Positions 8,511 to 16,200 of a DNA stretch of 52,933 bases are shown here, piece by piece. The stretch spans positions 1-52,933 of the IMG/VR virus record IMGVR_UViG_3300048818_000172. One strand, 5' to 3'. This DNA comes from a virus (Duplodnaviria; Caudoviricetes). The notes below the pieces were generated by a model. The model did no database searches. It was not told the DNA's origin and saw only the letters and a program-made list of their open reading frames with translations. The position numbers were made by a program, and so were the translations under genes. Each line of letters starts with the position of its first letter. The first letter of the stretch is position 1.

Positions 8511-8576
8511 CCCTGCGGAGGGTTCCGAGTGTTCTACCTGCCGACACACTGGCGGCCGGTCAAACGGGAGTAACCA

Positions 8577-8822
8577 ATGCCAGACCGCGCAACCTGCAAT
8601 AGCTGCCGCGCCCCCATTCTGTGGGTCACCATGAAAAAGACCGGCCGGAAGAACCCCCTCGACGCCGAGCCGACCGAGAAAGGCAACGTCAAGATTCTCG
8701 ACGGCGACGTGGCCGAGGTCGTCACCGGCGACGAGCTGGCCAAGATGCACGAAGAGGGCGAGCTGTTGATGATTTCTCATTTTGCCACCTGCCCGAACCG
8801 AGTTCAGCACAGGAAGAAGTAA
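8577..8822 (+). CDS. Conserved phage Zn-binding protein
   Basis: CxxCRAPILW...PLDAEP...GN...SHFATCP motif. Confidence 0.8.
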   Translation: MPDRATCNSCRAPILWVTMKKTGRKNPLDAEPTEKGNVKILDGDVAEVVTGDELAKMHEEGELLMISHFATCPNRVQHRKK

Positions 8823-9109
8823 TGGCCGAGACCGCTTACGAAGCCCTGGCCGAGACCCGCAAGCTGCTCGCCGCTGCCGAGGCAAGGGCCAAGGCAGCGG
8901 AGCAGCTGCTGTACGACCGGTACATGGTCGCCATCCTCGGCGGCCTGGCGATCCGCTACGAGTTCGCCACCGGGCCCGCGACGCTCATGGAGCACGCGGA
9001 GAGGTTGACCCTGGCCGCGCTCAAGGTGAGGAAGCGGTGGCTGTCTGGTGAATCCCCCAACGTGGCGCCGGTGGCTCTTCTGCCGGCCAAGAAAGAAGCG
9101 AAGCCGTGA
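8822..9109 (+). CDS. Hypothetical protein
   Basis: ATG overlaps the previous stop (TAATG). Confidence 0.7.
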   Translation: MAETAYEALAETRKLLAAAEARAKAAEQLLYDRYMVAILGGLAIRYEFATGPATLMEHAERLTLAALKVRKRWLSGESPNVAPVALLPAKKEAKP

Positions 9110-9288
9110 AATTCGTCCAGACGTGGCAAGAGGCAAAAGTCTACCAAAACCGTGACGCTGCCTACCGCGCGGCCCGCAAAGCATCGCGTTCATGCGATCG
9201 CACCGCGAGGCTGATAAGTGGTGCCGGAAATCTCGGGGACGGCAGGTACGTGGCCTATGTTTTTGGGAGAGGATGGATCGGCAAATGA
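9106..9288 (+). CDS. Small hypothetical protein
   Basis: GTGA overlap with the previous gene. Confidence 0.55.
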   Translation: MKFVQTWQEAKVYQNRDAAYRAARKASRSCDRTARLISGAGNLGDGRYVAYVFGRGWIGK

Positions 9289-9312
9289 TCGATCCGGCAA
9301 AGAGGAACAGAC

Positions 9313-9639
9313 ATGCGAATTGTGGATGAAGCCATCCTGAAAGAATTTCGAGGCGGGGTATGCGAATGGTGCAAAATGGCCGTAGCTGTTCATGCCCATC
9401 ATCTTTTCTCGAAAGGGTCCGGCCGCGTCGATTGCCGTTTTAATATCTGCGGAATTTGCGCAAAGTGCCACTTTAACGCGCACAACGCAAATACCGGAAA
9501 CCCGAGTTGCAGGCCGAGTTTCCTTGACCTGTTGAGGCTGATTTCGCGACGGGAGAAGATCGAGCCGGAGTTGCTTATAGACCGAATCCGGGAGTTGCAG
9601 CGTTTACCCAAGGATAGCGAAAGGCCGGTGTGGGCATGA
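9313..9639 (+). CDS. HNH (His-Me finger) endonuclease-like protein
   Basis: CEWC...HAHH...GSG...N...ICAKCH..AH motif. Confidence 0.75.
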   Translation: MRIVDEAILKEFRGGVCEWCKMAVAVHAHHLFSKGSGRVDCRFNICGICAKCHFNAHNANTGNPSCRPSFLDLLRLISRREKIEPELLIDRIRELQRLPKDSERPVWA

Positions 9640-9818
9640 AAGAACAACGAATTACACTTACCTGCGATCTGTGCGGCGGAACATGCTCAACGCAATCGGT
9701 CGCAGATACGAAGTGGATCGAGATTTCGATCGAGAATAAGCACCTCGACCGCGATTGGTTTGAGAAGCATGTGTGCCCGTCGTGTGTGGCCGCGATTCTC
9801 AAGCAAGCGGCCAAGTAG
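9636..9818 (+). CDS. Small zinc-finger protein
   Basis: TCDLCG...HVCPSC motif. ATGA overlap. Confidence 0.7.
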   Translation: MKEQRITLTCDLCGGTCSTQSVADTKWIEISIENKHLDRDWFEKHVCPSCVAAILKQAAK

Positions 9819-9821
9819 TGA

Positions 9822-10061
9822 GTGGATGATGGAGGACCGGTGATGTTTCCGACGACGTTAGTGGAAGGAAAAGCGGTAACTTATTGTGCTGAATGCCGGC
9901 GTGCCTACCGGCCTTCGACGATCATTGAGATTCCCGACGGAGAGACAGATAGCCGTTCCTGCTGGGGTTCGGGAGTTCCGAGTACCAAGCGTCGATGCAC
10001 GGGCTGCGGAATGGAAGATGGGCCTTGGGTGAGTGCGGATATTGTCGGAGGCGGCTGGTGA
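9822..10061 (+). CDS. Small zinc-finger protein
   Basis: CAEC...CTGC motif. The start may be the ATG at 9843. Confidence 0.6.
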   Translation: MDDGGPVMFPTTLVEGKAVTYCAECRRAYRPSTIIEIPDGETDSRSCWGSGVPSTKRRCTGCGMEDGPWVSADIVGGGW

Positions 10062-10319
10062 ACCGGGCCAATTCTGAGAACCAAAGGAGCCGATTGCGGC
10101 GGCGAAAATGGTCGCATAACGGCAGGCGCCGGCAACAACGGCAAGGGCCGATACCGGCTCGCCGACGCTCTGAGATTGCAGGGGCTGCCGGCCGACTTCC
10201 TGGATCATTGCCCATTCACGGCCGAGGGCAAGCTAAAGGCAGTGGCCAACGGTGTCCCAATTTCGATGGGCCGGGTGATCGCCGCTGCGGTCAAAGCGGC
10301 CACTCAGGAGGGCCGTTAG
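10062..10319 (+). pseudogene. C-terminal remnant (motifs IX-X) of a C5-cytosine methyltransferase
   Basis: Frame reads RYRLADALRLQGLPADF...KLKAVANGVPISMGRVIAAAVK. There is no ATG or GTG upstream of these motifs and no N-terminal half. Confidence 0.75.
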
Positions 10320-10320
10320 G

Positions 10321-10728
10321 ATGGGCATTCTCAAATCCGAAGAAGCGTTGCGGGCCATGCCGGGCTTCGACCCCGCTTTCCATCTCGGAATTGGCGGCCC
10401 GAAGATTCCCTGGGAAGCGGAGGACGTCATGCCGTTCCCCGAGGACTGCGACGAGGTGAAGGTGTTTATGCCCTGGGTCACGGCCTTGGCCGAGGCCCAC
10501 GGTTGGGAGGTATGGCATTGCCGCATTACCAGGTTCTCGAAGGCCGGTTTCTGGGACTTTGAGTTGTGCCGGCCGCCCCGGTTGCTCAAGATCGAATTGA
10601 AATCGATGCACGGCGTGCTGACGCCCGAGCAAAAGAAGTGGCTCAATCTGTACCGGAAGTGCCCAGGGATCGAGGCACACGTTTTCTGGCCGAAGGACTG
10701 GCGGACCATCCGGGAGTTGCTGAAATGA
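10321..10728 (+). CDS. VRR-NUC family nuclease (candidate resolvase)
   Basis: AGFWD...IELK..G.LTPEQKKW motif. Confidence 0.82.
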   Translation: MGILKSEEALRAMPGFDPAFHLGIGGPKIPWEAEDVMPFPEDCDEVKVFMPWVTALAEAHGWEVWHCRITRFSKAGFWDFELCRPPRLLKIELKSMHGVLTPEQKKWLNLYRKCPGIEAHVFWPKDWRTIRELLK

Positions 10729-10889
10729 CGCTTCCCGAAGCTGAGGCTGAGATAGTCAGGTTGCAACGGCTCAACGCCGGTCTCGTCGACCGCATCGCAA
10801 TGGCGGCCGAGGTCATGGGCAAAGTTGCGAATCGTCTGCCAGTGTGCCGGTGTGAACTTGAGGCCGTTATCAAGGAGCTTTTGAAGTGA
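10725..10889 (+). CDS. Small coiled-coil hypothetical protein
   Basis: Start/stop overlaps with both neighbouring genes. Confidence 0.6.
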   Translation: MTLPEAEAEIVRLQRLNAGLVDRIAMAAEVMGKVANRLPVCRCELEAVIKELLK

Positions 10890-11890
10890 AGCGACCATTG
10901 CAACAACCGCTCTACGAAGCGATGCTGGCCAAGAACGAAGAGGCCGACACGCCCGAGCCGCAGGTAGCCGCAGGAGATGTGCATTCCCCCGAGCCTCCAC
11001 ACGCGATGCCGCCAGCCAAGGCCCGCGTCAACTCCATCTGCCCGTATTTTGGCGGCAAGAGAACTATGGCACCAGAGATTGTGAAGCAACTCGGCCCCCA
11101 CAAATACTACTTCGAGGGCTGCGCCGGCTCCATGGCCGTCATCATGGCCAAGGCGCCGGCTCATCACGAGACGGTTTGCGACCTGCACGGCGGGGTGACC
11201 AATCTGGCCTGGGTACTCCAGGACGACAAGTTGGCCCCGGAGCTATTCGAGAAGCTGCAGCGCGTCATGTATGACGAGTCGCTTTTCGACCGGTCCAAGG
11301 ACTGGCTGGAGGGCTTCGACGACACTCCCAGGGAGCACGACGGGCTGGAAGCAGATTGGGCTTACCATTACTTCATCGTCTCCTGGATGGGCCGCAACGG
11401 TGTCGCCGGCACCGCCCGCGGCAATTACCAGCTCGCCACCCGCTGGACACACGGCGGCGGCAGCGGCCCCGTCCGCTTCCGATCGGCCGTCGAATCCATC
11501 CCCGCCTGGGTCGACCGACTGCGCAACGTCATCATCCTCCGCCGCGACCTGTTCGACGTCATGCCGAAGCTGGAGGACAACAAGACGCTGGCCGTTTATG
11601 TTGACCCGCCCTACCTGCATGGCACGATGGCCGGCGGCGCGACGTATCTCTACGACTTCGACGCCGAGAACCACCGGCAACTCGCCGTCGAAGCGAAGCG
11701 GTTCAAGCAGGCCCGCGTGGTGCTCAGCTATTACGACGCGCCGGCCCTGCGGGAGCTGTACGAAGGCTGGACGTTCATCGACTGTAGCCGGCACAAGCAC
11801 CTGGCCGTGCAGAACAAGCGGGGATCGAAGCGGACCGAGGCACCGGAAGTTTTAATAATAAATGGTCATCGCAACGACACCTGCCATTGA
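10886..11890 (+). CDS. D12-class (Dam-like) N6-adenine DNA methyltransferase
   Basis: PYFGGKR, YFEGCAGS, YVDPPY, VVLSYY and EVLIIN motifs. Confidence 0.9.
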   Translation: MKRPLQQPLYEAMLAKNEEADTPEPQVAAGDVHSPEPPHAMPPAKARVNSICPYFGGKRTMAPEIVKQLGPHKYYFEGCAGSMAVIMAKAPAHHETVCDLHGGVTNLAWVLQDDKLAPELFEKLQRVMYDESLFDRSKDWLEGFDDTPREHDGLEADWAYHYFIVSWMGRNGVAGTARGNYQLATRWTHGGGSGPVRFRSAVESIPAWVDRLRNVIILRRDLFDVMPKLEDNKTLAVYVDPPYLHGTMAGGATYLYDFDAENHRQLAVEAKRFKQARVVLSYYDAPALRELYEGWTFIDCSRHKHLAVQNKRGSKRTEAPEVLIINGHRNDTCH

Positions 11891-11938
11891 AGCCGAGGCA
11901 CGCCAGTACCGGAAAGGCGACGCAGAAAGGAATTAAAC

Positions 11939-11967
11939 TTGCCGGTCCCGACGTGACGGACTAGACA
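11939..11967 (+). promoter_or_regulatory. Candidate sigma-70-type promoter
   Basis: TTGCCG-17 nt-TAGACA, with an A-rich tract upstream and a hairpin (11975-12005) downstream. Confidence 0.45.
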
Positions 11968-12488
11968 TGAAAGTGCCCTCGCGTGGTGTCAACTCCACCG
12001 AGGGCGTGGCTCAAGCTGTTCTGGGCAGCCGGCAAACCAATTCTACGGGTTTCCCGACTTCTCCTCTACCCCTTGGCCAAACAATTTGATCCGTACACGG
12101 ACGTGCGCCGGTCCGTCTTACCCTGAAAGGGACGTGGTGCAGCAACATCCGGGGGCCGTGACTACATGGCCGTGACATTGAAAAATACACCAGCGTAGCC
12201 GCTGGCTCGGATGCGGTTTCCCCGGCCATTGTTGAGGCCGGCGCTGTGGAGGGATGCGAGGGCGAGAAGGCCCTGTTGCACGGACAGCGGGAGAGGACAG
12301 CGGGAGCACCCGCAGAAGCCTGCCCGCGAAGCCTACCGACGACAGGATACCCGGCTCGCCTGTTCAGCGGCACAGCGTCAACAAAACTCGCGGGGGAGCG
12401 GGCGACCGCTCCGGGGGAGTCTTAACAACCGTTGCGCGCCACGTCAAAGAAATGCTTCTGTTTCATTGCTCCGATGGAAAGGTGAACC

Positions 12489-12629
12489 ATGGACGTTGAT
12501 CTCGAAAATGAAGATTGGTGGGACGACATGCGGCGGAGAATCGCTGCACAAGCAGCTGCCGGCAATTTCGACGTAGAGCCGACGCCATCGCCAGAAGATG
12601 ACGAAGAAAGAGCCAAAGTACGAAGGTGA
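12489..12629 (+). CDS. Small acidic hypothetical protein (46 aa)
   Basis: RBS AAGGTG. Begins MDVDLENEDWWDDMRRR. Confidence 0.5.
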   Translation: MDVDLENEDWWDDMRRRIAAQAAAGNFDVEPTPSPEDDEERAKVRR

Positions 12630-12648
12630 CGATCAACGGAGAACCGCC

Positions 12649-12837
12649 ATGAGCGATTACGAAGCCGGATCGATCGAGTTGTGGCGCCGGCTGGTCGACG
12701 ACCATCTCTGGGCCGTTGGGGAGCCGGTGGCCACGCATGCAGAAGCGGCCCAGCTTTACGCGGCCGGGTTGACGCCGAGGCTGGCGGCGCAGCGGCTGGT
12801 ATCTAACAGGGACCGGCAGAAGGAGTGCATGCCATGA
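12649..12837 (+). CDS. Hypothetical protein
   Basis: RBS GGAG. Stop overlaps the next start. Confidence 0.65.
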   Translation: MSDYEAGSIELWRRLVDDHLWAVGEPVATHAEAAQLYAAGLTPRLAAQRLVSNRDRQKECMP

Positions 12838-13004
12838 AAAACGGCGACTGCGACTTGTGCAAGAAGGAAATCGAGTGCCCGGTGATCGAGGGCCGGGCCG
12901 TGCCGCTGTGCCGGTGGGCGTTTGGGTTCTGTTTCTGTCCCGACTGCTGGAATAGAGCGGCCGAGGCGATCGAGCGGTTGGTCAGCGCGGAGGTGCAAAG
13001 ATGA
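12834..13004 (+). CDS. Small zinc-finger protein (56 aa)
   Basis: CDLC...CPDC motif. ATGA overlaps at both ends. Confidence 0.65.
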   Translation: MKNGDCDLCKKEIECPVIEGRAVPLCRWAFGFCFCPDCWNRAAEAIERLVSAEVQR

Positions 13005-13219
13005 CACCGGAAGAACGAGCCGACGGGGTTGTCCGCAGCATGATCGACCATTGCGGCGGCAACGTGAATGTGAAGCTGTTCTTTGTGCGGGAGACGCTCA
13101 AGCGCATCGTGGCCGAGGCTATTCAGGAGGCCGTGGCCGAGGAGGGGCAGAGAATATTGAACGAAGCTGCGAACCAGACTTTCTTCCGGCCACCGCTCTT
13201 AGACCCCGGCTACCGCTGA
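13001..13219 (+). CDS. Hypothetical protein (MTPEERA...)
   Basis: RBS GGAGG. Last gene of the + strand arm. Confidence 0.7.
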   Translation: MTPEERADGVVRSMIDHCGGNVNVKLFFVRETLKRIVAEAIQEAVAEEGQRILNEAANQTFFRPPLLDPGYR

Positions 13220-13248
13220 GCCGCCGGCACATTCTGCCGCAGCCCCGC

Positions 13249-16200
13249 CTACCGCCGCAACCCCATCCTAGCCAACTCCGCGTCTGTCAATCCCCCCTGA
13301 GTGCGGCCGCGGAACTGCGGACCGAACGAGCCCATCAGCCGGAAGGCGTCTCTGGCCTGGTGCTGTTCCCTGGGCCGGTCGAAGCCGGTCAGGGTGGCGA
13401 TCGGCGGGTTCGCCGTGCGGATGGCCGCCATGAGGTTATTCCAGCGCTGAGACTCGCCAGGTGCCGCGCGATCGGCCATTCGCATGCCGATCGAGTTCTC
13501 GCCGGTCAAGGCTGTATCGATGAAGGAGACGGCCGGGCCCATGGCGGGGTGAAAGAGGCCGTGGGCAATGTCGGGAACCATCCGGTCGATCGTTTGGCCA
13601 GGCGTCTTGTGCTGGCGGATGCCTTCGACCAGCGAAGACACTCCGCTAATCTGCCCGGCGCGGCGGAACCCGGTCAGCCGCTGCGGATCGAGGTAAATGC
13701 TCTGGCCGTCCGCGGTGTGGCCGATCAGGATGGCGCCGAAGGGCGTGTTGTCGTCTCCGTCCCATCGTCCCCAGGCGAACAGGTTCACGAGGCTGGCGCC
13801 GACCAGCAGGGCGGTGAACTTCATCAGCATCGAACTGCGGAGGAAAAGGTCGGCCTGGGCGCTGGTGGCGTTGTGGCCGGTGCGGAAAAGCATAACCTTA
13901 TCCCACGCCCGGGCGTTGAAGTTGGCGGCGGCCACGGCGAAGGGGCCGATGCCCGTGTTGCGGAGGAACTGCACCAGGCGGCTCTGGGTCAGCTCGTTGT
14001 AGTTGCCGGTCAGCTTGTTGATGAAGTTGGCTTTCTCCAGGGCGCCGCCCTTGATCTTGCCGGCGGCGGCGAGGCGATCGTGGGCGTTGCCGGCGGTGAG
14101 GCGCATCGCTCGCGTGAAGTTGTCGAGGAACCGGCCCATCCAGTAGGTGGGGTCGGCCTTCGCCGGCAGCGGCTTGTCGAGGATGCCGAACGTCTTGCCG
14201 CCGTAGATGCTGCCCGACTCGACGCTGTTCCGTTCCTTCATCGCGTTGATCCTGGCCAACTCGACAATGGCGTCTCGGATGGCCGGGGTGTCGTGGGCCA
14301 CCTCGACGAAGTTGTTGAAGAAGTCCCTGAAGCGCATGCCGGGCTGCATCATCGCCGTTAGGTTGTTGGCGGTGTGCGCGAGAAACTCCGTCGTCGAGGC
14401 GAGCGATACCGCGGTCAGGGCCGGCGAAATGTAGTCCGAGAAGGCCGGCGCCTGCCACCAGCGATCTTCATAGTCGAGGAGCTGCAGGTACTCGCGGAAG
14501 ATGTTCGGGTGAAGGTACAGGCTCTCCATGCCTCGGATGGCCTCCTGTGTGCCCTTGGGAGGCTTGACGAATGGCACCTCCTGGAAAACAGCGTCCCCCT
14601 TGGTGCGTTCACTCTGCGCGTTGCCCCAGAAGCCCAAGCCCTGGGCCACAATCTCCCGGTTGGCCTCGGCACGGTTGGCCAGGTTCGTTCGCCGGTCGAG
14701 GCTGTTCTGGATCATGCTGGAGATGCGCAGGTCGTATGCCTCGGCGTCCAGGCCGGCCTCCTCGGAGAACGGGTCTTTCTTCTGGCGGATGTTCCGCAGC
14801 TTGCCCCTCGCCGATCGGTAAACCTTCCCCTCGCCGGTCAGGTCGCCTTCCTGGAGCACCTTGGCGTTGAAGGGCAGGCCGGGAATCTGGGTGATCGAGT
14901 CGGGCGGCTTGCCGTTGGCCTTGGTGTAGAGGGTGTCGAGCACACGGCCAAACTCGACGTACCGAGTCATTATCTGGCCGAACACGGGGCTGTTGACGAT
15001 GCGCTGGTATTGGGCTTCGTCGGTAATCATCGAGCCCGGCATGCCGAATACCGTGGTGATGGCCTGGGCCTTGGTGTCGTACTCGGCAGCCGATTTCTTG
15101 TCGCCGCGGGCGAGTGCAGCGTTGGCCAGCTTGCGGAGGTTCTCCTTCGCGGTGCGAAAGCGGAGTTCGTAGAGGGCCGAGGCCGCCCCGCGGTCGAGAA
15201 CGTCGGTGAAGTGCTCGCCGAGGATCTTGCGGGCCCACACCGGCCCGGCTTCCTTGGCGTAGGTCGAGCTGGCCCCCCATTCCATCATGCGGGTGGCGAC
15301 GTCCCGGTTCATCCGGGTTGTCTTTGGGAGACTGACGCCGCCCATCTTCTCGACGGCATCGTAGAAGCCCTGCCACCAGTCACGGACGACGGGGCCCAGG
15401 TCCTTGAAGATGGTAAGGTCTATTGCTCCTGATCGTCGGGGGTATCCTCGGGTGTCTGGGATTCGCTGCTCGATGCCTGGGGCGCCTGGCCGGGCGGCAA
15501 GCTCTGTTCCGGCGTGGCGGAAGGGGACGCCGGGGATGTCTGGGGCGCCTCCTGGAGCGGTAATGGAGGTTGGCCCCCGGTCGGCGGGGTGCTCCCACGC
15601 TTCACCGCGCTCTTCGCCCTCGCCAGCTTCCCCCGAAACAATCTCACGAGCGGCATCAATCTCTGCGGGATGATACGGCCGATCGCCGCGCCGCGCCGCC
15701 GCTTGGTTGACATCGGTAACCTCCTCTCTGGTGACTGGAACCAGTTCGACCAATGCTTGTCTGTATGCCGCGTCCTCACTGATCGGTTTACCTACTGGCG
15801 TTTGCAGCAGCTGCAACAGCCGCTCCTCGCGTACCGCGGGATCGTGACCGAGAAGATTGTGCCATTCGCCTGTTATCCGATGCTGGGCAATGTCGTCCAG
15901 CTCGCGAACCGCGTCGACGCCGAGGCCCTTGCCGGCCCGCATTATGACGGTTCGGAGCTTCGGAAACTCCTTCCAGATCATCTTGCGAAATGCCGTCATC
16001 TCCGCCAGATGGTCGGCGGCCTCTTTGACGATTTCCGCCGCGCGAGAGTGAAGGTGATCGGCCGGCACGCCCTGCTCAGCGCCGGCGGCTCCCCACGCGA
16101 CTTGCTCGGGCGACCTTACGACGTTATCGGCGACGGCGTTCCCGCCGCTTGGGGCAGGCGCAGACCCAACCGGTGGCCTCCCCCCACCAGCTCCTTCTGG

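Larger units (their letters stand above)
6897..8573 (+). pseudogene. DUF551-like gene split by the inserted cassette (6897-7031 joined to 8523-8573)
   Basis: Joining the parts gives MQSWIPTERALPKEGRVVETKVDGQPGSFLRLKLVGPLWLLPCGG|FRVFYLPTHWRPVKRE*, with the WIP...LP and THWxP hallmarks. Confidence 0.88.

Noticed and set aside
10059-10061. Genome-wide TGA recoding, suggested by coding sequence continuing after TGA here and at 32089
   Set aside because: TGA ends many well-defined genes with coupled ATGA/GTGA overlaps, and core genes are uninterrupted. The standard code fits.
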